Below, in pieces: positions 16,093-23,852 of a stretch of DNA of 32,000 nt (its first letter is position 1; the number at the start of each line of letters is the position of its first letter). The notes under the pieces were generated by a model. That model saw only the letters and a list, made by a program, of their open reading frames with translations, ran no database searches and was not told the origin of the DNA. A program made the position numbers and the translations under genes. Source of the DNA: Vulcanisaeta distributa DSM 14429 (lineage in GTDB: Archaea > Thermoproteota > Thermoprotei > Thermoproteales > Thermocladiaceae); assembly GCF_000148385.1 (NCBI RefSeq), contig NC_014537.1, positions 2,280,001-2,312,000 on the forward strand, written 5' to 3'.

Positions 16093-17016
16093 TTACGAAG
16101 TGATCATTAGGCTCATTAAGTCCCTGGCAGCTATAACATTTGGGAATACCTCGGATGCTTCCGCCGCCAGTAACTCAGGGTCGGAGTACCTATTACTAAT
16201 GTGCGTTAGTACAAGTCTCTCAACACCAGCCTCCTTAGCGACTCTAGCCGCATCCACAGATCTTGAGTGGCCCTGGTTCCAAATGAGGTTTCCATCCTCA
16301 ATCATTGAGAACGTAGAGTCATGAATGAGTACCTGCGCTCCCCGTGATATCTCTACCACAGAGTCCGCCGGCGCCGTGTCTCCCGTATAGACAACCTTCA
16401 CTAAACCACTACTCCTAATCTCAACCACATCCTCAGGTTTTATGACCCTACCATCATTGAGTACTACGGTCTCGCCCATATGAAGCCTCTTCCAAAGTGT
16501 TATTGGCACACCCAATTCCTTAGCCCGCTCCGGGTTAAATCTACCCACATACGTTCTCCAATTAAGGGAGTATGCGCAATCAGGTACTGTGTGTTTTGCC
16601 AATGTGCATTGTAGGCTAAAATTCTCCTCATTAATGACGTCCTTAATGCCTATGGAGGGCTCGATTTCGTAAATCCTTACATGAAATGGTGGATCACCAA
16701 CAATCTCCATGCTACTCTTCACAAAGTTAACAATACCTGAAGGACCACTTATTACTAGGTCCTCCTTCCTACCAAGCATTGCCATTGTTGCCAACAACCC
16801 AGGTAACCCAAAGACATGATCGCCATGTAAATGCGTAATGAATATGTGGGTTATTTTTAACGGGCTAACACCAATCTCAAAAAGCCTATACTGAACACCC
16901 TCACCGGCATCAAGTAGTATTTTTCGTAAACCATCCTCAACTAGTATAGCCGGTAGGTATCGGTCCTTACCTGGCATCCCAGCGCCAGTCCCTAGAAACG
17001 TAATTCTTATCAACAT
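16093..17016 (-). CDS. rnz: Ribonuclease Z (tRNA 3' endonuclease, metallo-beta-lactamase fold)
   Basis: Motifs present: FLGTGAGMP, THLHGDHVFGLPGLL (HxHxDH), YTGDT, HDSTF, and LTHISNRY. The length (307 aa) is typical of short-form RNase Z. Confidence 0.9.
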   Translation of the reverse strand: MLIRITFLGTGAGMPGKDRYLPAILVEDGLRKILLDAGEGVQYRLFEIGVSPLKITHIFITHLHGDHVFGLPGLLATMAMLGRKEDLVISGPSGIVNFVKSSMEIVGDPPFHVRIYEIEPSIGIKDVINEENFSLQCTLAKHTVPDCAYSLNWRTYVGRFNPERAKELGVPITLWKRLHMGETVVLNDGRVIKPEDVVEIRSSGLVKVVYTGDTAPADSVVEISRGAQVLIHDSTFSMIEDGNLIWNQGHSRSVDAARVAKEAGVERLVLTHISNRYSDPELLAAEASEVFPNVIAARDLMSLMITS

Positions 17017-17035
17017 TCACCCGATTAACTTAGGT

Positions 17036-17047
17036 TTATTTAAATAA
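17036..17047. promoter_or_regulatory. Perfectly palindromic A/T box TTATTTAAATAA shared by the divergent rnz and orphan genes
   Basis: The 12-bp perfect palindrome is centred at 17041.5. That is about 26 nt from the rnz ATG (17016, minus) and about 32 nt from the ATG at 17074 (plus). It is the only strong A/T box in the 57-bp spacer. Confidence 0.45.
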
Positions 17048-17073
17048 GAATCTTCCTGGATTAATAAAGTGAA

Positions 17074-17808
17074 ATGAGTAATGAGGATATTGATATTGAG
17101 GGGTTGATCAAGAATTTCAGAGTAGGCTTTGATAAGGCGGGCTTAACGATGTACGTAATACCGAGGGAAGACACCGTAACATTAACTAAGGGTGAGTATT
17201 ATCGTTTTAATAATGAGGATGTTCAATTATACGGTACTAAAGTCATACTTCATACACCATGTAGTGGGGTTATATATGGAAGATACTTGATAAGGAGTGA
17301 TGATTACGTGAAGGGATTATACTTGGTAATTACCGATACAGAGTGCGATATAGATGTTTTGTGGCTTGAGGAGGGCTTAGGTGCGAGAATGCATGTGAAG
17401 TCTAATGAGGCATTATTGGTGATTGTGAGACTCATGAGGTTAAGGACTCGTAAGGTTAAACCCGATAGTTACGCCCTAAGGATTATGAGGACACTGAACC
17501 TTTCGGGTAAATTACTGTATTCTGACGCTAATCATGAGATCCAGGTGTTTGGTATTGAGAGAATGTTGATTTCACAATTTCGGGATAATTGCGCAAATGA
17601 GCTCTCCATTAGGCGGTGGAGGTTAGTCTTTGATAGATGTGGTTTTGTAACTGAGGTCTTTAATGACGGTAGTACTGTCGCATTGCTTATTAATGATGTT
17701 AACTCTATCGTGATTAATCGATACTTCCCATCACTTAATAAGTGGTATGAATTAAGTAAGGTCTTGGGCTTCAGTAAATACCTCGTTGTGTTAAAGGGCG
17801 AGGTTTGA
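17074..17808 (+). CDS. Hypothetical protein (244 aa), orphan
   Basis: This clean ORF (MSNEDIDIEGLIKNFRVGFDKAGLTMYVIPRED...) looks beta-rich. It has no TM segment and no motif I recognise. Its 3' end overlaps the convergent regulator gene by 18 nt. Confidence 0.5.
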   Translation: MSNEDIDIEGLIKNFRVGFDKAGLTMYVIPREDTVTLTKGEYYRFNNEDVQLYGTKVILHTPCSGVIYGRYLIRSDDYVKGLYLVITDTECDIDVLWLEEGLGARMHVKSNEALLVIVRLMRLRTRKVKPDSYALRIMRTLNLSGKLLYSDANHEIQVFGIERMLISQFRDNCANELSIRRWRLVFDRCGFVTEVFNDGSTVALLINDVNSIVINRYFPSLNKWYELSKVLGFSKYLVVLKGEV

Positions 17809-18468
17809 GTGCTTTATGAAGATTGAGTTTAGGCGTGGACTATCAAGCATTATGACATTGTTGACCATGTTTATCTTAAACTCCTTAAGTATTAACTGCG
17901 TATAAAGGTACATTAATGCCCTGCTTGCATCATCATAATCAATGCTTATGTGGAACTGCTTTCCAGCCCTCTTAATCCAGTCGAGGCATGCATCATGTGA
18001 TGGGCATGAATTTTTACAATCGTGGTTCGAGAATGTCGGTGTTAAGATAATAAATTTGTGACCCCTAACATCTATGAATGCGCCGTAATTTGTTGGTATT
18101 ATTATCTTCATGCCATGATCATTCATCTCAAGTTTAAACCCTAGGTAAACCATGGCTGTTGGTACGTAGTAAATCCTATTGGCCTCCCTACTTAATCCCA
18201 TGACTTTTACCTCATCATTACTTAACTGCCTAATCCAGCCGAAGTCCTCGAGGGCCTTCACATGCCTATGAACAACGCCCTTTAGCATACCAAGCTCCTG
18301 GGCTAGTGATGTAACTGTCATGGGGCCTCTACTAAGCATATCCATTATGCTAATCCTAACATTATTACTCAGTAGGGCATCGAAGGACTCAATGGGCAAA
18401 ACGGCTACTGACTTCACATTAATCTTAAACATATCCAGTCCCATTGATGCTATGTTTATTCTAATCAT
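17791..18468 (-). CDS. ArsR-like winged-helix transcription regulator with an uncharacterised Cys/His-containing C-terminal domain
   Basis: The wHTH block is NNVRISIMDMLSRGPMTVTSLAQELGMLKGVVHRHVKALEDFGWIRQL. The C-terminal half contains HDCKNSCPSHDACLDW. The start is uncertain because internal ATGs give MGLDMF and MFKINV. Confidence 0.7.
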   Translation of the reverse strand: MIRINIASMGLDMFKINVKSVAVLPIESFDALLSNNVRISIMDMLSRGPMTVTSLAQELGMLKGVVHRHVKALEDFGWIRQLSNDEVKVMGLSREANRIYYVPTAMVYLGFKLEMNDHGMKIIIPTNYGAFIDVRGHKFIILTPTFSNHDCKNSCPSHDACLDWIKRAGKQFHISIDYDDASRALMYLYTQLILKEFKINMVNNVIMLDSPRLNSIFIKHSNLAL

Positions 18469-18542
18469 CTTACGTGCACAAATATGTAACCTCTGAGTTT
18501 AAAACCCTATTTTGGTAAACCATAGGGGTTAGCAAGCACTGA

Positions 18543-19622
18543 TTGTGCTGGGCACCTATGTGGAGGGGTAGTATTAATGAGATTGAAAGGATTAGGGAAA
18601 TAATTAGGATAGAAAGGGGTACACCGCAGATCGGCGCATTAGCCTTTGGCATAGTTGATAGGGGTACAAACATAATTGAGGTTAGACCAACAACGCTATG
18701 CCCACTATCCTGCATATATTGCTCAGTAAATGCCGGTCCAAGGTCAACAAATAGGTGGGCGGAGTTCGTAGATGATCCTGAGACATTGTTGATGGCTTTA
18801 GAGGAGGTCGTTAGGTTTAAGGGTACGAAGGATATCGAGGTTCACATAGATGGCATGGGCGAGCCAGGCGTTTATCCTTACCTGACATACCTTATCCGTG
18901 GCATTAAGGAAATTGATGGTGTTTCAATAGTGTCAATGCAGACTCGGTTATACATGTTTACTGAGGAGGAGCTCAGGGAGTTGGCCCAGGCAGGTTTAGA
19001 TAGGATAAATCTGAGCATCGACACGTTAAATCCCGAGTTAGCTAAGAAAATAAGTGGTGTGCCGTGGTATGACGTCAATCATGTTATGGAATTAGTGGTT
19101 CAAGCCCTTGAACTTGGGATTAACGTAATAGCATCCCCCGTTTGGTTACCCAGTATTAATGATAATGATATGGTCGAGATTATTAAGTGGGCTAGGGAGA
19201 TAGGATTAGGTAGTGGTAAATTACCACCAGTGCTTATTCAAAAGTACATACCGCATAAGAGAGGTAGGAAGGTTAAGGTTAGGGTTATGACGTGGCAGGA
19301 ATTCTGGGAGAGAATCAAGAAGCTGGAGAGTGAGTTAGGTGTTAAATTAACTGCTACTAATGAAGAATTAAACATACATAAAGCCCCTAAATTGCCAAAG
19401 CCCTATAATACCAATGAGGAGGTTAAGGTTAAGATAATTAGCAGGGGCATAATTAGAGGTGAGTTTCTAGGCGTAATATTACCGCTAAGAAACACTGCCA
19501 TATATGACAGGGTCATCACAGTGATAGCTGACCCCCGCATGGAGAGAATACTCATCGAGAACCAGGTTAGAGTTAAAATTATCGAGAATGATGACAACAT
19601 ATACATTGGTAAGCTCGCCTAA
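18543..19622 (+). CDS. Radical SAM protein (uncharacterised archaeal family) with a C-terminal TRAM-like beta-barrel region
   Basis: The CxxxCxxC cluster motif is TTLCPLSCIYCSVNAG, followed by GMGEPGVYP (the GGEP-like SAM-binding motif). The C-terminus EEVKVKIISRGIIRGEFLGVI...VRVKIIENDDNIYIGKL looks like a TRAM/OB barrel. The start is either the TTG at 18543 (track) or the ATG at 18558 (MWRGS...). Confidence 0.75.
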   Translation: MCWAPMWRGSINEIERIREIIRIERGTPQIGALAFGIVDRGTNIIEVRPTTLCPLSCIYCSVNAGPRSTNRWAEFVDDPETLLMALEEVVRFKGTKDIEVHIDGMGEPGVYPYLTYLIRGIKEIDGVSIVSMQTRLYMFTEEELRELAQAGLDRINLSIDTLNPELAKKISGVPWYDVNHVMELVVQALELGINVIASPVWLPSINDNDMVEIIKWAREIGLGSGKLPPVLIQKYIPHKRGRKVKVRVMTWQEFWERIKKLESELGVKLTATNEELNIHKAPKLPKPYNTNEEVKVKIISRGIIRGEFLGVILPLRNTAIYDRVITVIADPRMERILIENQVRVKIIENDDNIYIGKLA

Positions 19623-19709
19623 AAATATGTATTGCTATATTAGTTATATATTTATAAATTAAGTTAATTTGGGTAAAATACTTAATTCGCCTTTATGTTG
19701 TTTGCTGGT

Positions 19710-20495
19710 ATGGTTAGTAGGGTTGCTATTGTTAGTGGTTCCGGCCGTGGCATTGGTAGAGCTATTGCGGTTAGGTTAGCTAGGGATGGCTTTCGCGTCG
19801 TTATTAATTATAAGAGGCATGATGAGGAGGGTGAGGAGACCATGAGATTAATCAAGAGCGTTGGTGGTGAGGCTATCATGGTTAAGTCAGACGTGGCCAC
19901 GGCTGACGGCGCAAAGGCGCTGGTTGATGAGGCTGTTAAGCAGTGGGGTTCGGTTGATGTTGTAGTTAATAATGCTGGCTTGGGCATAATGAGACCCTTT
20001 GTGGACATTGATGAGGGTTTATGGGATAAGATAATAAACACGAATCTGAAGTCGGCTTACCTATTGACTAAATTCGCGGTGCCCTACATGATTAGGAATA
20101 ATTGGGGTAGGGTCATAAACATGAGTTCAATAGAGGGCATAATGGGCGCAGCATACAATGTGCCCTACGCAACGGCTAAGGCAGCCCTGATAGGGTTCAC
20201 GAAGGCCTTAGCCGCCGAGTTGGCGCCCTACGGTATAACCGTCAATGCAATAGCCCCTGGTCTAGTCAGGACTAAGATGGGTATGAGCCTACTTCAGGTT
20301 CTTAACGTTAGGGAAGAGGAATGGATAAAGACTGGGACTCTTACTGGGAGGATTATTGAACCTGAGGAGGTCGCCGACCTAGTGGCTTTCCTAGTAAGTG
20401 ACTCCGCGAAGAATATAACGGGGCAAGTATTCATAATAGACGCAGGAACAACAATACTACCAGCAGCACGACACTTATCAAACATGCCAAGATAA
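19710..20495 (+). CDS. Short-chain dehydrogenase/reductase (FabG-like), second paralogue in the window
   Basis: Motifs present: IVSGSGRGIGRAIA, NNAG, catalytic YATAK (YxxxK), and PGLVRT. The track starts at the ATG at 19695. The ATG at 19710 (MVSRVAIVSG) gives the usual short N-terminus. Either start is possible. Confidence 0.85.
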   Translation: MVSRVAIVSGSGRGIGRAIAVRLARDGFRVVINYKRHDEEGEETMRLIKSVGGEAIMVKSDVATADGAKALVDEAVKQWGSVDVVVNNAGLGIMRPFVDIDEGLWDKIINTNLKSAYLLTKFAVPYMIRNNWGRVINMSSIEGIMGAAYNVPYATAKAALIGFTKALAAELAPYGITVNAIAPGLVRTKMGMSLLQVLNVREEEWIKTGTLTGRIIEPEEVADLVAFLVSDSAKNITGQVFIIDAGTTILPAARHLSNMPR

Positions 20496-20519
20496 ATTCA
20501 CATTAGCATAAAGTCAATG

Positions 20520-21197
20520 TTAAAACACCCATTGTTCCTGCCTATATGCCATATCCCAGAACAGATATTCATACATGCTGGCCTGCCTAAATATGCTCAG
20601 TAACTTATTGAAGTCCCTCATTAGGTAGTCGCTAACCTCATCAATAATGGACCTAAGTCCATCAACAATACCCGCATACTCCGGGGTTAAGTAGACCGAG
20701 GCCCAATCCCTATAAACCTTAATGGGATTTCTACTCAACTTATCGGCGTGATGCCTAGCGATTTCTAGGTATGTCCAATAGCACGGCAGTATCGCCACCA
20801 AGCCCTCGTATGGACTACCCAGGGCGCATGTGGTTAGTAGGAAGTTCATGTATGCAACGTTTGTGGGGCTTGGACGCACTTTAATAACATCATCAATACT
20901 TAAACCAAGGTAATTAAGTAATTTATTATAATTCTCAAGTTCGGTAGTTACGTCAGCCAACGCCAACTCAAGTACCTTCCTCATTGCAGCGGGATTCTCA
21001 AACTTAGATGCAATTAATGCTTGGCACCTTGTTAGTGTTATTAGGTAATTATAGTCCTGAATGATGTAGAACCTGAATTTATCGAGTGGTAATGAGCCAC
21101 TGAATAATTCGGTGACGAATGGGTGATTAATTATTTTACGCCAAACATCATCTGATTGACTCCTGAGAAGCTCGGTAATGCGGCTACTCATTATCAT
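20520..21197 (-). CDS. tenA: TenA/thiaminase II family protein (aminopyrimidine aminohydrolase, thiamine salvage)
   Basis: Motifs present: INHPFVTELFSGSLPLDKFRFYIIQDYNYL, ILPCYWTY, and C-terminal YEYLFWDMAY. These are typical of TenA/PqqC-like haem-oxygenase-fold proteins. Confidence 0.85.
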   Translation of the reverse strand: MIMSSRITELLRSQSDDVWRKIINHPFVTELFSGSLPLDKFRFYIIQDYNYLITLTRCQALIASKFENPAAMRKVLELALADVTTELENYNKLLNYLGLSIDDVIKVRPSPTNVAYMNFLLTTCALGSPYEGLVAILPCYWTYLEIARHHADKLSRNPIKVYRDWASVYLTPEYAGIVDGLRSIIDEVSDYLMRDFNKLLSIFRQASMYEYLFWDMAYRQEQWVF

Positions 21198-21224
21198 TAT
21201 GATTATAGGACTTAAATTAAAGCG

Positions 21225-23081
21225 TTATGAGGCTTTACCACCCGCGCCCTTATTGCCCTTACTTAATGAGTCCTTCAATGCCTTTATGAGTTCCATGGCA
21301 ACCTCCCTCTGTCTGTTTATGAACTTCTCATAAATCTTCCTAGCCTCGTTCTTGAACGTAAATAATACATCATCAGGCTTTAACGAACCGCTCGTTATCT
21401 CCATTAGGGCCTTCTCCATGCGTGACCTAAATAATGGATCAATAAGTTCATTTCCAGTCTTACTGAGTACGCTTATTACGGCTTTACCTAAGGGTGTCGG
21501 TATGCACTGCTTATTCCTAATTTTGAAGTATCCGCGAATTACGTTAGTGTGTATGTGGTCCTGCATTGTGGCGTCAGTGCCAATACCGTACTTCTTCATT
21601 AGCCTAAGCAACTCTGACTCTGATAGGTATGGCGGCGGCTCGGTTTCCCTCTCCTCAATCCAGGCCTTAACAATGCTTAACTCATCACTAACTCTCACCC
21701 TGGGTAGTACCTTCTCGCTGGGGCTTTCAAATGGGTATATGGTTAAGTAGCCCTTATCGATTATCTTTAGACCATCTACGCTGAACCTATGTCCAGAAAT
21801 CTCAACGACTATTTTCTGTCTTTCAACACGTGCAGGGGGACTCAAGGTGGCTAGAAAGTGCCTAACCACTAAGTCGTAAATCTTCCAGTACTTCTCGTTC
21901 TTAAAGTATCTGAGGATTTCCTGTCTCGTGACACCCCTCGTTGGGTATATTGGCGGATGTGCACCATCATTACTGTCACCATGTGTTGGCTTAATACTCA
22001 TGCCTAGTAACGTCTTGGCGTAATCACCATGTTCACCATGGGTAAGTTCGAGGAGTATCTGCCTAAGGCTTAATGTTGGTGGGTAAATGGTAGTCTCGGT
22101 CCTAGGATATGAGATGTACCCATGCCTATACAGCTCCTCTGCAATGTCGAGAGCTGCCTTAGGCCTAATATTAAGGAACCTACTAGCCCTTCTCTCAAGC
22201 TCTATGGTATCCAACGGAACCGGCGGTTCTATGAAATCCTCCTTGTAATTGGCGATTATAACCATAGCCCTAGCCTTACCCCTCACTAGGCTTAGTACCC
22301 TCTCTGCCTCCTGCTTATCCTTAAAGGTGCCATCATGATTAAGCGTAACTCTCACGCCATTAACATTAACTATGATATGAAGTGTGTAGTACTTCTCAGG
22401 CTTGAAGTTCTCCCTCTCAAGCGCCCTCTGAACGACCAGGTTAAGTACGGGTGTTTGGCATGGGCCATAACTAAGGAAACTGCCCCTAGCTAATGCATTC
22501 TTATCGGTCTTCTCAACACTTAGGGTTAATGCCCTCGTGAATACGGCGCCTAAGGTCAGGTCTAGGATCATCCTAGTGAAGACTCTTTTGGCGAGCCCAG
22601 GGTTTAAGCTCGTCGGCGAGTTAAAAGCCTCGATAATGTCGCTCTTAGTCACCGCCGAAAACAAAACCCTCTTAAATACTGCCCTTGGGTTTGCATTCCT
22701 TATTACCAACATTGCCTCGTAGGCTATGGCCTCACCCTCAGAATCCGCGTCTAAAGCTAAGTAAACAACACTAGCGCTCGCTCCCAAACGTGATAGCGCC
22801 CTTACGTAGCTTATGGTGTCCTCCCTAATCACGAGTATCGGCTCTGCATCGAATAGCTTCGATGGTTCTACCGAGTGCCACTTATTTAGTTCCTCGGGAA
22901 AATCAACATCCATCATATGGCCCTTAAGGCCAATACTAACCCACTGCCTACCGCCTCTTGTGAACCAATACGACTTAACACCATAAACCTTCTTAACACT
23001 TATACTACCCTGGGCTAGGTACTTAGCAATCGCCTTAGCCACCGAATCCTTCTCGGCAACCACTAGTGAGTCAATAATCAT
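21225..23081 (-). CDS. Type IA DNA topoisomerase (archaeal topoisomerase III-like)
   Basis: The Toprim domain is present (LVVAEKDSVAKAIA; LALDADSEGEAIAYE). The active-site Tyr block is GYISYPRTETT. Also present are GAHPPIYPT and TDATMQDHI. There is no helicase domain, so it is not reverse gyrase. tenA follows 27 nt downstream on the same strand. Confidence 0.9.
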   Translation of the reverse strand: MIIDSLVVAEKDSVAKAIAKYLAQGSISVKKVYGVKSYWFTRGGRQWVSIGLKGHMMDVDFPEELNKWHSVEPSKLFDAEPILVIREDTISYVRALSRLGASASVVYLALDADSEGEAIAYEAMLVIRNANPRAVFKRVLFSAVTKSDIIEAFNSPTSLNPGLAKRVFTRMILDLTLGAVFTRALTLSVEKTDKNALARGSFLSYGPCQTPVLNLVVQRALERENFKPEKYYTLHIIVNVNGVRVTLNHDGTFKDKQEAERVLSLVRGKARAMVIIANYKEDFIEPPVPLDTIELERRASRFLNIRPKAALDIAEELYRHGYISYPRTETTIYPPTLSLRQILLELTHGEHGDYAKTLLGMSIKPTHGDSNDGAHPPIYPTRGVTRQEILRYFKNEKYWKIYDLVVRHFLATLSPPARVERQKIVVEISGHRFSVDGLKIIDKGYLTIYPFESPSEKVLPRVRVSDELSIVKAWIEERETEPPPYLSESELLRLMKKYGIGTDATMQDHIHTNVIRGYFKIRNKQCIPTPLGKAVISVLSKTGNELIDPLFRSRMEKALMEITSGSLKPDDVLFTFKNEARKIYEKFINRQREVAMELIKALKDSLSKGNKGAGGKAS

Positions 23082-23119
23082 TAACTCAACACCAACTCTT
23101 TTTTCGAAACATTTATTAA

Positions 23120-23135
23120 CTTATTAATTAATAAG
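23120..23135. repeat. Perfect 16-bp A/T palindrome CTTATTAATTAATAAG in the divergent topoisomerase / Pro-rich gene spacer
   Basis: I checked it base by base and it is self-complementary. It is centred about 32 nt upstream of the ATG at 23160 and about 46 nt upstream of the ATG at 23081 (minus). It could be a TATA or regulator site, or simply A/T-rich chance. Confidence 0.3.
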
Positions 23136-23159
23136 CATAGCAATAAATGGTGTTGTAAA

Positions 23160-23852
23160 ATGAGCGAGAAGAAACCAGAAGAGAAACAGGCCAGGAGACC
23201 GCCTTACCAGCAATACCCAGCATATCCACCCCCACCACCCCCGCCACCACAAATGCCACCACCGCCTCCACCCCAGTACAGACCTCCTCCACCACCGCCA
23301 TACTCACAGCCATACCAACCCCCACCACAGCCGCCCCCAAGGCAGGTACCGGTCACTAGGCCCGTAACTCAGCAACCAAGGATTGAGGAGTTAACACCAA
23401 ACCTAAGTAAGCTCGTGCTTTACCTAGGCATACCACTGGCATTGATAGCCATTATTTTCGTAATAACGGCCATTACACTATTCCCCACTACGAGCGATGC
23501 CTACGTTCCATACTCCTCAATAGCCTTCATGGCGTCCCTAATAACAGTAGCCGCGGCATTAATAGTAAGTTTCATAGCCATGTACCAAATAGCTATGGGT
23601 CTCGATAGAAGGTTTGAGTACTTGACGAGAATAATAAGGCAGCAGTCGTCTACGGCTCAGGTTACGACGACACCATCAACCCCGCAATACCTACCTCAAC
23701 CACAGCAGAGCCCCGAAAGGATATTAGCACCTCCACCAAGGCCACCCCAGGTAAAGCCTCAGCAGCCTCAGCAACCAGCTCCGCAGGAGGAGGGTGTTGG
23801 GGAGGAACAGCAGCCACAGGAAGGTTCTGAGGAAAGCCTTAATGAGGAGTGA
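23160..23852 (+). CDS. Proline/glutamine-rich membrane protein with two TM helices
   Basis: 230 aa. The N-terminal ~70 aa are polyproline (YPAYPPPPPPPPQMPPPPPPQYRPPPPPPYSQPYQPPPQPPP). Two hydrophobic helices follow (LVLYLGIPLALIAIIFVITAITLF; IAFMASLITVAAALIVSFIAMY). The tail is Q/P/E-rich. The antisense ORF 23128..23340 is a mirror artefact of the CCN repeats. Confidence 0.65.
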   Translation: MSEKKPEEKQARRPPYQQYPAYPPPPPPPPQMPPPPPPQYRPPPPPPYSQPYQPPPQPPPRQVPVTRPVTQQPRIEELTPNLSKLVLYLGIPLALIAIIFVITAITLFPTTSDAYVPYSSIAFMASLITVAAALIVSFIAMYQIAMGLDRRFEYLTRIIRQQSSTAQVTTTPSTPQYLPQPQQSPERILAPPPRPPQVKPQQPQQPAPQEEGVGEEQQPQEGSEESLNEE

